Shown here: one piece after another, positions 12,712 through 27,247 of the stretch
How the letters are laid out: every line of letters starts with the position of its first letter
How positions within the stretch are numbered: the stretch's first letter is position 1
Assembly: GCA_030248215.1 (NCBI GenBank)
Contig: JASANG010001649.1
Span: 248,001-312,000, forward strand
DNA from: Enoplolaimus lenunculus
Taxonomy: Eukaryota
DNA length: 64,000 bases
Direction: 5' to 3'
The notes under the pieces: model-generated
Database searches by the model: none
Seen by the model: only the letters and a program-made list of their open reading frames with translations
Told to the model about the DNA's origin: nothing
Program-made: the position numbers and the translations under genes

Positions 12712-14497
12712 AAAACTGTCTGTTCCACTATTGGGATTTAAAAAAGGCAATGGTACTTTTACTGCCGCTACTATAGAACTAGTTCCTATTAGGCTAAGCC
12801 TAAGCGTTGAACAAAATGTAAACCTAAGCCTAAGATTAAATAAAAAATATCTTAATGTAAGGTCTAGGCGTTAGCAGGCCCATCTGAAAACTGTACGGCC
12901 GAAAAGTAGCGTTCAGAGGTTCATATCTGTGATTAATTGCAAATCTCTTCAAGTTTTTGTAGCGCTCATCAGGCCCGTAGACTAAGAGGGCTCAGGTTCT
13001 GGTGTATAATATTGCTAGTTTACCTTCATCCCACACTAACGTTAATTTAATAGAAAGCAACAGTCCTATCCCACACTACTAATTGCTATTTATCTAAACC
13101 TAAGATAATAAGATAAAGACAGGCTAAACTAAAACGTCACTCAATTTGTCATATAATAAAATAAGAAATATGTCACCCCTCTAACAAAACCCGTCGTTCC
13201 ATAAAGGTTTTCCCCTAACATGCTCCGATGGCTACTCGTTTATTAACGCTTCAATTTTGGGTCATGAAAAGTATTGGGCCTTTATATGGGCTCGAGCTAC
13301 AACCTTTATTTCACCAATATTCTAAGAAGGCGTAAGTATATACCGGATCAGCAGGTCATCAACACTTGCCGTAGTCAAAACAATTCAAATAGCATTGTCG
13401 TTTCTCATTTGAAAATTGTCCGAAATTTACAAGATCAATGAACGACACATTGAAACGAAAAAACCAAAAATGTCGATCTTCAACCGGAAGCAAAATTTTG
13501 AACAATCTATAAGATATAGTATCAGTTTTGCAGCTTATGTTACTGTTACGACCGTCCCGTTGTCTCGCGCGAGTCCAAGAGCACGATGAATTTTACATCA
13601 TTTTTGCTTGTGCGCACTTTAGGATTGGGATAAAGAATATGTTTAATCTAGAGTTACGGCCCTAAAAATGTAATATTGGTGGCTTTTATTGTACTTGTGG
13701 CACTTTTAGTATATAAGATGTATATTGAAAATATGCTATAGACACAACGGAATATGACTGCTATTTAAAACACGCTGTTTTCGGCTCTTGTCTGTACCCA
13801 GCCGGTTACAAACAAGCTGTTCGAATAGCACTATAAAAACACGAAAAATCTTATATTTGAAATTCCCGGATCATCAGGCAATAATTCGACCGGATCCAGA
13901 TCGATTTTTACCCTAGCCGGACCTCTAATTGCACCCAGGTCAATAGTATGAAGTCTTAGGTCAAAAAATTACTCTTGTTTTTAAGTTAGTCACGAAATGT
14001 AACATTTAGCTGAAATAACTATAAAACGCGCTCGAAATACTACCACAGAGCAATATGTATTTAATATGACGAATAAGTATAAATAATACAGCATTACGAC
14101 CAACGGAACACAAATGATGACACAACTTCAAATTATATAATCGACTAATACGGTCCAACAGTAATCAATCATAATAAGCCTAATGCGGGGTTCACGTTAT
14201 GACTTGTGCGCTTGGTACCTGTTTTGTCACTATTCCAAAGCCTACACTTTAAAACGGCTCAGTACAGTGGGTTTTATTTCACATGTCTGGTTTACAATAT
14301 GTTTCAAAAAATCTAAAAAATTACACTAGCTATTAATATTATAGAACCAATCACAAGATAGCTGCAGTAACAAACCGAAGACTAGTTACCCATTCCTACA
14401 AACGTAAGGTAGCCACATGGTTTGGTAGCAGCTAGCTAACAACCTATTCATATAGGTTGTTTCCAGAATGCAACCAAATTATAAAATACCGGAACCG

Positions 14498-14611
14498 GAA
14501 AGTGAAATGCTGTATTTGGAAACGCATCATAAATTGAAAGTGAAATGCTGTATTTGGAAACGCCTCATAAATTGAAAGTGAAATGCTGTATTTGGAAACC
14601 CATCATAAATT
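14498..14611. repeat. Tandem repeat, 38 bp x3
   Basis: GAAAGTGAAATGCTGTATTTGGAAACGCATCATAAATT at 14498, 14536 and 14574. Confidence 0.9.
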
Positions 14612-14954
14612 GTAGAGTATGACACAAGTTGAAAATTTTTGGCAATACACGCTCATACAAAACAGCAGTTGCAACCGTGTTTTCCCACCACCGGTTATTC
14701 CCTTTAAAATAAGTATACCATTTCCCATATGGTATGCTTAATTTAAATGTGGTTTTTAATCATGTCCAATGTCCATTAAAAATACAATGAACGAGTTATA
14801 AAAATCAAAAAACTCAGTTCACAATCCTTAAATCAATTAATGTCGTTGTTCACTTAAAACGTTACATATTTTCTAAATAAAACAACATTTTCAGAATATA
14901 AAAATAGTTTTCACTTATCGCAAGCAGCAATATAAACAAACAAGCAAACGAGTT

Positions 14955-16905
<1,951 letters not shown>

Positions 16906-17182
16906 TTCCAAGTATATCCGTTTTCCATCAGATATATAAAGTATTTGCTGATAAAATCAGTTATCTCAATGCGTGTAAAAACAAGTATATATTTACATAA
17001 CGGGCTTCTACTATGTTACTACTTCTTTAAACAAAACATTTCCTAGCGAATTGGCTATACCACCAATAGTGATTCAACGCTATCATTGCGCTCAAGGATA
17101 TCCAAAGCGAACAAACAGAGCTCCGATAAGTTAGTTACAAAAACACCATACGGCATCCATATGAGGTATTGCTAGAATTTCG

Positions 17183-17278
17183 TTGGTTAAATGAATAAGC
17201 ATTGCGATCAGTTAAGGTTAAAAATTCACTTTGGTAAAATGAATAAGCATTGCGATCAGTTAAGTTTAAAAATTCACT
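17183..17278. repeat. Tandem repeat, 48 bp x2, upstream of LZIC
   Basis: TTGGT.AAATGAATAAGCATTGCGATCAGTTAAG.TTAAAAATTCACT occurs twice. Confidence 0.85.
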
Positions 17279-17524
17279 CCATTGCGTGTGTATTTATTAT
17301 GAGAAAACTTCGGCGGGGGATAAAATCATGAACATGGTTTTTCCGAACTCTAATATATTCATAATCAGCTTACCTAGTAGTTCTAAGTTTATACAACTTA
17401 ACTACATTCTGAAAGTTTTTTACTTTTTACCCAAGGTTTTCTCCTAATGAAAAATGAAATGAATGTAAACCACCTGCTTAGTAATCCTAAATGCGTAGCC
17501 GGGATGTGAGCGGCCTGAGGGGCA

Positions 17525-17819
17525 TGTCAGGTATTGCACGACGGAATACCCAAATAAAATTGCGCACACATAAAAAAGTGAACGCGTAATACACATTGCA
17601 TAGCAGCTATACAGTACACAACGTAGTACACTAGCAAACAACGAAAATAATAGCTAGCCCCAGTAATTGATGCAGTGCCGCGATAGTTCAGTTGGTAAGA
17701 GGGTTGGACCGGTTAGGCAAAGTTCGCTGGTTCGAATCCAGCTGTGGTCAATTGTTTCAACAACTTCGCACTTACAGAACACTTTACATACAATGCGCAC
17801 GAGACCGGACAACCTTACA
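17525..17819 (+). mobile_element. Solo-LTR-like element, family A, with internal tRNA-like cassette
   Basis: Ends TGTCAGGT...ACCTTACA, flanked by GGGCA/GGGCG (5-bp TSD, 1 mismatch). Alignable over its length to 57920-58169. tRNA-like cassette at 17677-17750. Confidence 0.72.
17677..17750 (+). pseudogene. tRNA-derived sequence with A and B boxes, inside LTR family A
   Basis: A box TAGTTCAGTTGG (17684-17695), B box GGTTCGAATCC (17729-17739), perfect T-stem GCTGG/CCAGC. The anticodon arm is irregular, so this is not a canonical tRNA gene. Confidence 0.65.
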
Positions 17820-18729
17820 GGGCGGAGCTCCCTGCTGTTGTTTTGTTTTCGTTGCTACTGCTTTTTGCTCACCTTTGCGGTTCCTATACACTACGCAACT
17901 GGTTCTCATAACTTTTATAACATTTTGTAGATTTTCCTGCAGCATATGCAAATAAGCTTCCGATTATGCAAATTCGTATTAGCCATCCCACAGGGTATAA
18001 ATGCCGCTGCCAATTTGACATTAGTAATTTCGTCAATAGTTTGCCGATATGGCACTGTGATCCGTTACTGATGCCTAGTAACTTGTTGGATTTGTTTCAC
18101 AAGTATTAGTTTTCATTTTAAGCCAAAGAATTTGGAGGCTGAAATCGTGGCCACCTTCGAGAGAAGCCGACCACGGTAAACTTCATGTTGTTATTGGTTC
18201 GCTCCATGTTCTGTTGGGTACCGATAGCGAGAATAGTCACCGATACCTGAGAATGCGGCAGAAAATTTTTCAACAATATACTACATTTTATTTGTGGTAT
18301 AGTTTGTCAAATTTCTGACTAATAAGCGGGTGTTCAACTCACGCAATTTACACGTACATTTTGGGAGTTTCTTTAGTTTGTTGCAGTATGAAACTGAGAT
18401 TGCTTATTTCCCCGCTATCGCTGTCGTTATTGTTTTGTGAGATTCGAAGCGTCTAGGAATTCCCCGCTGGTCGGGGTTTTTTTTTGTTGATCCTGCCTAT
18501 AGATTTAAATTCGGAATAAGTGGACTTCGGTTAGGAATTTTGTTATAGTCCGGACTTAGAGTGCGCATATCTTGTAAATATTCTTCTTTTTCTGTCTTTC
18601 TCTTTTGGACCCTTTTGCATTTTTTGATTGTGGTGTTCAAAAGTTTCTACAGTCCTAAAAATGGACTGTGCGTGTCCTCAATTTTAATTTTTCCTTTTGA
18701 ACAATCCCTTTTTACCAAAAATTTATTTT

Positions 18730-19075
18730 TCCCCGCACTTCAATATTTTTCCTGCCCACCGGATGGTTAAGGAAACGGCCCGCCACGGTGATCAGAAGTT
18801 TTATCCAGGGGCGGGAAAACGCGAGGATGAGTCTCCTAGCCCCGAACCACATTACTCTGACAGGGTCGTGCCGTACCGCGAATCCAAACTACTCCGAATA
18901 TTTGGGCCTGCTATTTACAGCGCCAGTCTCAGTGGGACCTCTATGTCAGAAGTGCACGGCCATGGTTTTTCCCTTAATTTCTCCGAAACACATTGGCCAT
19001 GCCGGGAATCGAACGTCAAGCCTCTCACTCGCTAGTCGGACGCACAGCAAGTTGCTTGGTCAGGAGAATAAGCAC
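18730..19075 (-). mobile_element. Possible degenerate tRNA-derived SINE
   Basis: GC-rich block. The minus strand has B-box-like GTTCGATTCCCGGC (19001-19014) followed by a body containing GCTGTAAATAG. A box and ends not resolved. Confidence 0.3.
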
Positions 19076-19297
19076 GCTGTACATACGCGTGACTGCATGT
19101 CTGGCGTTTGAATGTTTGTCTTATATACCCTGTATAAGCTTAGATCATTGCCCAATAAACTTTGTCAATGGTTTATTGGATGACATAACATACTGGGTTA
19201 CAGAGCAGCACAAAATCTATTTGCATCAAAGCCTAAATTTTAAAATGCTACAATACAGTTTGGTGCAAAAGACTTGCCCATAATAGGATCTCCTACC

Positions 19298-19522
19298 TGT
19301 AAGCATGTGAGGCATGCTTGTCCCTTATGTGCACATGGAGTATAGTGCAGTGCACTGTATCTATGCTAGCTGGCAGCACGCGGTCGGCACATATAGTCGA
19401 CGGTAGAAACAGTTGGAGAGGCGGGCTACGTGGCGCAGTGGTAACAGCGTCTGCCTAACACGCAGACGGTGGCTATTTCGAAACCACCAAAACCCGCTTT
19501 TCCGGCTGCACCTAGACTGACA
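19298..19522 (+). mobile_element. Solo-LTR-like element, family B, with tRNA-Val(AAC)-like cassette
   Basis: Ends TGTAAG...CTGACA, flanked by CTACC/CTAGC (5-bp TSD, 1 mismatch). A box TGGCGCAGTGG (19431-19441); anticodon arm TCTGC-CTAACAC-GCAGA (19450-19466). Related copies at about 57762-58241 and 60316-60411. Confidence 0.68.
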
Positions 19523-22500
19523 CTAGCTATATCATTAATGTAAGGCAACATAAAACTAATATTCTGAAATATCCATGGATTTTTTAGGCTTTTGTGTTTT
19601 GAAAAATATCCGCAAATTTTGGAAAATTTTCTTTGACCGTAGAAATCATAGTTTTATAGACTTTATGCGTAATATGCACTATTTCTTCTGTTTTTGTATT
19701 GCGGTTGCTAGTCAAACAAAAAATAGTCTTGAAATTTCGCGACTTTACATTCTAACCTTTCAAAACTAAAAAGTTTGGAGTTTCAGGCATTGATGTTCAA
19801 AACACACAACAATCTGTTGTCCGAAATGATTAAAACATTGTTTAGATTCATGAATTTGTTGTTGCGAATTTTTATAAAATACCATTTTCTTACTTTCAAA
19901 ATATAGTTGCCTAAGGATTTATGTTCAATAAATGTGTTGATATGAAATGGTTCAATTTAGATATAGCACAGGGAGTGAACTGCAGTGTAAAGCATATTTA
20001 CTGTAGCTAATTGCCTAAAAACCTAAACCTAAGAAGAAAAATAATTTAAAGCTTTAAGCTTCTATTGGCCTGACGGAAACGTTCCGTCCTTAAAGGTTTG
20101 GAATTTAGGAGATTTATATATCGGCGATCTCTGCTAAAGGACATAATTGTCTGAAATTTCAAATATAAGACAATTTTTTTCTGTGTCTTTCTTTTGTGTG
20201 ATTCATGTTGCGTTGCACCAAAATTTAGCTCAAAATCTATCGTTTTGTGTTCTTTTACCCAAATACTTTCCCGCTACTACTTGCAGGTAAAAAGCTGGAG
20301 ATAATTTTCCTTCGTGAAGCACGCATTTCCTGTTTTTTACAGAAATGACGATACGTTTTTAAATTATGAAATCTTTGCGCTTTTATTCATAAGTTTTTAT
20401 AAGATCAAATCATAGAACAGCGCGCTATCAAAGTTTTTGCCAATAGAATACTTTGAGACAAATAAAAGGTGTGAATTTGCGTTTGATGCCTCTGGTGATA
20501 TCTACTTAAAAATCACAAAGCTAAGTAATGTACCTGTTTTCTCACGTTTGTTTCTTGCTTTAGATGGACTTGATAGTTTTATCTGAAATCGCTGGCAATT
20601 TTAACAGCCAGGGGGCAACTTATATATACCATAGCTTGGAGGCCAAAATGTTTAAACGTGAGCTGCTAACTGTTTTTGGGTTCCCAGGTTTTTTGATCAT
20701 CCTTAGATGTTGGTAACCTCAGCAAATGGAACCCGCTGATTCACAAACTTTGGTGCTTAATACTGAAGAAAGTTAAGTTAAACCGTAATACAATAGAAAA
20801 ACGGCTCACAAAGGGACCATCCCATTTGAACACAGGGCACGGAAAAAATTGGCGACTGGAGCTCTTGGCTGAGTAAAAAACAACCTCAAAGTAAATCTTC
20901 AGCTGAGCAAGCAATAAATATATGCTGCTGAAACTATAACGGCAACTATTTTATGCGCTACGTAAACTTATTTAAAACACCAGGTTAATATTCTCGCTTG
21001 TACGTCGAACCCATAGCCAGAGGGGTCAAGGGGGGATCAGTTGTCTAAAGAATTTTGCTGTTTTTCAAAACCATTCCCTTCCATCCTTCCATAACATGTT
21101 GAGCTGGCTACGGTCCTGAGTTAAATTGTAGGAGTTAAAATGACTAATAGCAAGGTAGTTCCGCGTAAGCAATACTGGAAATATGGCTCTTATAAGTTGT
21201 ACACTGGGTCCGGGCTTGCAAATCTTGAATCAGCCTATTTGCGCTCATATATAAATTATGTTTCATGATTTAATAGCCTAATATTCCTGTATGTAAGGAA
21301 AAAGCATTAACATTTTACGAGCTTAAATTAAACATTAATGAATTTGTGGTGTTTCCAGGTAAACACAAACTTTACGTAACAATATATAGGTGCGGTAGTG
21401 TTTGCCGTTGAATCTAGAACATATTGATGTCTTGTGAAAAAACCGGACGTCCGTCTGAGTAATTGGCACTATAAGATGGACAGATAAATACAACTAATCT
21501 TGTGTAAATCGTTAAAATTTTAATAATTGTACATCCTGAAAATTTAAAATATATTAACCGCTTACAATTTCCTATATTGAGCAACCTTGCTAATGTATTG
21601 TACCGTGAAAGAATCCGACATCGTCCAAAGTTGAATTGTAAAATCTATAATTTTTAAATTCCAAACTACTTAAGTAAACTTTCCTCAGTTTTAATGTATA
21701 AGTGCCAATAAGTTTTGCTGAACAGCATTTCATCGGCTACTTGCAGCATGTTTTTTAATTTAACGAATGCTTAAAACAGTGATTACTGATAACTTCGTTA
21801 ACTGATTAGATTGTAAACATTTTATGCATAAAATTTCAACAGCCGGTTACGTGTTTTTTTGCAATTTCGCTGCTCAAGCATTGAACGTTCTGACAGCGAG
21901 AGGGAGGCCAGTAGGGCTCAGCCCCCTCTGTAAAAATTTTACCCCCTAGAAAAATGTTGGCCCTGCTGTCACATTGTTATTTCATCCGCATATCGTCCTA
22001 ATCACTGCACGGTTTTGGCCACCAGCAAGTTGAGCTCTACTACCGGTCTGTTTCCTCACGCAAACTGATATAGTTTGCTAAAAGACCCTGATTTTTAACA
22101 GGTTTGCTTAAAACGGTATCACGCCAATTCGTCACCCTATAAACTCGCCGTACGACAACTTTTATATATAGAGCGAAATTTTACCGTGTCGACAAATCGT
22201 CGCTAATCATAATTCTTAAGGCTTAGGCTTTCCCTTAGGATTACGCTTACGATGTAGAAGTAGATTTCTTCATATGCTTTAGGACTCTGTTACAGGCGAC
22301 AAGTAATTGAACGAGGAGTTGTTATAAATTCGCAAAAACACATTTTTATTCATTTCAAAATTTGCTAAGCACTGAAAAAATCTCTCAGTACAGTTCCATA
22401 CGAAGTTAAAGTTTCTTTTTCGCCAACAAAATTTTCCCGGAGCAATTTAATCAAAACCTTCACACAAAGTTTCCGTTTTAAAATGTATCATTTTTGACTT

Positions 22501-23722
22501 ATGGGGACTTTATCCATAGCCTTGAAATATGCCACTGGGTGTCGTTAGTATTATTATCATGCGGCTTTCATTGTGATTAGCAAAAAACCACCAACTCAAC
22601 TCTAAATGACACTCATTTTATCAAAGCCTGTCATCCGTTGTAGTTTAGGTCGTAGAATATTAAAATTCGAGACTTGATTCATAATGTCCCTGTCTCTATC
22701 ACCACCACCTTATTTTTATTTTATAAAACCGTGGAAAATGTAGTTAAATGTTACCTATGGGGCATAATTGCTTGAGTTTACGGCTGGTTGAAAAACAAGA
22801 GTTTCTTTTGTTAAAATTGCAAAAAGTTTCACGTTTTTTGTGTAATGTTTTGAAAATATTTTGATTTCAGCCCATTTATAGACGTCTGAAATTGGGTACC
22901 GAAACTTTTAGTAAACCATGTGCCTGCGATTTTTTTATCACTCAACCGGCTTCAGAAAATAACTTAAAATGCCCGCCGTTGATCGAAAGCTACATAACCG
23001 CATGGGGAGCAATTTACGATTTCCACATTATAATTATGATTTTCGAGTTTTTAAAAATCAAACACTCTTAAAGTGTTTTCTCCAACGCTCGTCAAAAATG
23101 AAAAAATAACAGTTTGAGCCAATATTTTTCATGGTTTATTCATTCCTAGACGGGCCCGTGGCCGTAGTTAAGGCTGCCAAAGGTTCAGCCCGCCCTAGAA
23201 AAATTTGGTTCCCCTAGCAAATTTTCAACCTTGCTTGTGAAGTGAACAGAAACCTTGTATGCCCCTGCTCAAAATGATTTAGCCCCCCTAGCAAGCTGAG
23301 TTGGCTACAGGCCTGTTCAAAAAACATCCGAATAGAAATCGCATCACAAGTTGTCTTATATTTCTTTTGACTTTGAGCGTGGGCAGTTTTAATGATCGGA
23401 AATTTGTCATTAATAAAATCTCTAACTGTATTTTTAATTTTAAGAGTGTTTCCACAACAACTTTCCTCGTCGTTATTGCATCTGATGCCCTTTCATTGTA
23501 TAAGAAAACGTCCTGACCCGGCCATAGTAAGCAGCCAGCGCGGCCGGTACATCTGGCATAGTAGGTTGTAAACATGTTTTTAATAGCACAAATATTTGTA
23601 CTATATATATCGAAACACAGCTGTCTCAGGAATTGGTTTTTGTCAAAATTTATTAGGTGATTGCATTTCTCATAGTGAAACTGCATGGTATTAGAAGTCA
23701 TAGTTAGTTTCTGGAAACAATG

Positions 23723-23985
23723 TATACGTCGTACGCTAATCTGCTATTCAACCCAATTACTAATTGGCCTAGGCTAATCTGCTATTTAAGTAATAGCAGT
23801 GCGGCCTAGGCTAAATTGCTATTGAACTTATGGACCAATCAGGCTTGATTATTTGGACAGACGCAATGCCGTTATCCAATCAGCGTTAGTTTTACATAAC
23901 TGTTGTTTTGCGAAATCTCATAATCGCAAATTAGTCTAGGCCAATTAGTATTTGGTCTAAAAAGCAGATTGGCCTACTGCATATA
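23723..23985. mobile_element. MITE with ~60-bp imperfect TIRs built from CTAGGCTAATCTGCTATT units
   Basis: Left ACTAATTGGCCTAGGCTAATCTGCTATT mirrors right AATCGCAAATTAGTCTAGGCCAATTAGT. Confidence 0.6.
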
Positions 23986-24429
23986 TATACATACGTTTTT
24001 GTTAACATTTCGCTATGATCACAACGTCTGCATCAATCTGAATCGCGGTAATAAAACTGTTAGTGTATGCAAACTGAACTCTCGGCCCGGTTCCGCTTAA
24101 CTGTTGTCACTAGCTTTCGAAAATTCTTAGGATACAATTTTTACCGATTCCTTAAAAATATTTCGAACTTTGCGAATTCTCCGATCCAGAGGTATCCCAA
24201 TATTAGGAAGTAGAAAATTTTACAAAGTTTAGACCCAATTACTCCGACTACATCATTATACAAAATTACGGTTGTATCAAAATTTGTTCATTTTAATTGT
24301 TTGCGAGAAAAATGGCTGATCCTTGATTACTAACTCCAACCAGATTATAAAATTCAGTGTAGAAATTTCAAACTGGCATCAAATATTCGTTTTTGATCTA
24401 TCCAAAACCGTATAATGTACAATTTAGTT

Positions 24430-24623
24430 GGCCAATGTATGGAACAGGGTCGTAACAGTAGTATAAGCCTATTACTCACCTAAGCTTACTCCTTAACCTA
24501 AGTTGCGTTAAATGAAGTTTGCCGAAACCTAAAGCCTAAGCAAAAATTTGTCTAAAGGTTAAAGCTTAATTTAATTGTAGACACGTAGACAAATGATCCG
24601 CCAATAAGATTTTTACATGGGCC
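24430..24623. mobile_element. GGCC-ended MITE carrying telomere-like (GCCTAA/TTAGGC) repeats, 8-bp TSD
   Basis: Termini GGCCAATGTA...TACATGGGCC; perfect TSD ATTTAGTT (24422-24429 and 24624-24631); internal degenerate CCTAAG arrays. Confidence 0.78.
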
Positions 24624-27247
24624 ATTTAGTTTTAGGCTCTGTATCTAAAAGTACAGTGTCCTCAAAATGAATAGATTTTACTCAACCATTGTTAAATTTA
24701 GCAATATCATGCCGCCATATGACTCAAAGGACCAGAATTTGCTATTTCTCAAACTGTTTAGAGGTGTAATAATAGTGCTATAAACTCTTGTCTTTATCAC
24801 TGCCTATACTTGAAAAGTGCAAAAATGTGACATTAATGCTACATTCCCCTGTATAGCAGTCAGGTAATATATCCTGCCGCATATCTCATATACCAAGGCA
24901 GCATTTCTTTGCTCTCATTTTCCGTGGTTTGGTAGGTCAGCTGGTAAAGGTGTGGATTGGGTTCGTTGCTGAACTATAAATCATCCAAATGAACTGGGTC
25001 TGTAAAAGTTTTGCAGGATGCCTGTATAAATATAGGCGAATTTGCTTAAATAGCAAGTTGTTCGGAAAAACTTTGCAGATTTCCATTTGTCTCTGATGCA
25101 TTGTGGTTTCAACTGAAATGTTTGAAATCCGGCAAACTTGCGTAAAACAGCGAAAATTTGTGAACGAAGCGAGCGACTAACCAAACGCATGTTTTTACTA
25201 AATCTTACTGCACAATTTGTGTTTTCACAACCGTACACAGGTGATTGTGTGTTTTTTCTAGATAACTTAAGAAATATAGAAATTTACAAAACTGAAGCTT
25301 GGATTATTTGACCATTATTATTGGTTGCTATCGACGAAGCTAAAAACACCGTGTATCGGCATCAAGCCTTACGAGATTGAAATGTTAAATATTTGAAATA
25401 TGTTCCATTTCATATGTTGTTACTACAGCAAACCTGGCAATATTCCAAGTACCATTCAAACTGCGTCATAAATTATTCTGTAGTAGTTTTTGCGTGTGTC
25501 AAAAGCAAATTTTAATGTTCAACTCAATGAACAAATTGTATTTGGCACTACCAAAATATGCCAACAGGCCTTAAAGGTTGTTTTGAAAATTTTCCAATTT
25601 TTTTTGGTTCGTAGTCCGTAAAAGCCATTCATCATTGATTTACGAAATGAACTATGCGAGTAGAAAAATTACAGCAAAAACTTTAACGAACAAAATCGGC
25701 ATACTGAATGCTTTCTGTGAATGGAAGAGTTTTGAGCCTGATGATATAGTAACTTATGCAAAAATCAAATCCGTATTTCAACGGTGAAAAATTCCCTGCT
25801 GCATAGCATTCTAGTTCCATAAATTAGAAATAAAATGAAATATGGAGGTCACTCGTTTCGAACAGTCCTACATCCAATATGATTACAGCATAATAATTAA
25901 CTGGGCTACAAAGCCAGGTCAACTTCAATGCTTAAAATGCAAAATAAAATTCAACTGGCTTTTAATAATTGCGCATATCAGCAGTACAAAATCTATACAA
26001 GACGTATGAGCTTCCATCAGCTCTAGCGTCAATTTCCTATAGGTGAGGGTGATCACAAACACCTTCGAGCATGAGTTTCGGATCCTGGCTTGAAGTAAGT
26101 TCCTATAACTAAATATTCATGTGAGAAAGAGTTAACGTAGTGGTGTTTAGTCAGGACTAAAGACGTTTTTACAGCTGTTCTGGTATGTTTTCAACAGGGC
26201 AATATTTCCCTCGAGAGCTTTTTTACCTTATTCAATGGTTGCGTGTCAACTTAATAATTAACATCATGAATTTGTATGCGTAAAGTGTTTTTGGTTATAA
26301 AGCAATTATAGCGACATACTGTCGACCGTTCTGAAAATCGCATAACATTAAGCTAAATTATCTTTGTTATTCAATGATTTTTAACCCGCCCTCCGCCGTC
26401 TTTTGTTAGGTGGACCTACCACTCATCTTTTATTAAGTCATTCTCTCTTTTGGGCAGGACTGACCATCCGTAGCATTTTTGTTGGTTGCAATGTCCATTA
26501 TTTTCTGGATTATTCAATAAAATACATGCGGGTTGCCATTTGGCCGTGGAGTCATTTAATGCACTACACTTAGAAATAATTGACATTTATGGACTCTAAT
26601 TAAGGTTTATTGACTCTATCCGCTTCTGGACTCTTATTAGGAATACGGATTCATATTGATTGGGACTCAAAATGGGGACCCCCTCTTATTACCTCCTCTT
26701 ATTCGGGTCACTACAGTAGATATGTAACCAATTATTATTTCATGCAAAAGTGTTCTATGAAAACCACGTTTCTGACAATCAAACTTTGGAACTCTTCGCG
26801 TTTCGACCACTTTTTTAAACCTTGTATTTTGCACAATTTTGTTCTGACTTTCAAAATTATTTTTACCGTTCCACCCATCAAGCAAAACTCTACCTTCGCT
26901 CTGTCAAACTTTTCTGGATGCGCCACACTGCCTTTACGATTATAAACATTTTCAATATTTCAAGACCAGAAATAAGTATCTGGTTTATAAATACCGTTTA
27001 GAACGTACGCTTACCGATGATCTAAATAGCTGTACCAAAATAGCACCTGCGCTAGGCCTTCAACGGTTTTGACTAGTTTATGCTTTATGATCCAAGAGAA
27101 AAATGTTGCAGTTTATGCTCTCTCACGTGAGACTATTTATATGTAAAGCTTGCTATTAATTAGTTAAATGGACCTAAACTCTGCAAATGCATCAACCTTT
27201 TGTGAATTGGAACCTCTTTTCAGTAACTCGGTAGTTGTGCGATGTAA

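Noticed and set aside
14498..14611. 38-bp direct repeats as a CRISPR array
   Set aside because: Head-to-tail with no unique spacers, eukaryotic context and no cas genes.
17677..17750. Functional tRNA gene (also 19424-19490 and 57240-57314)
   Set aside because: The cloverleaves are incomplete and each lies inside a repeat unit or repeat-like segment.
25262..26094. Exon-like segments with acceptors and donors (possible decayed gene or UTR exons)
   Set aside because: In-frame stops and no phase-consistent model or recognisable family; unresolved without a homology search.
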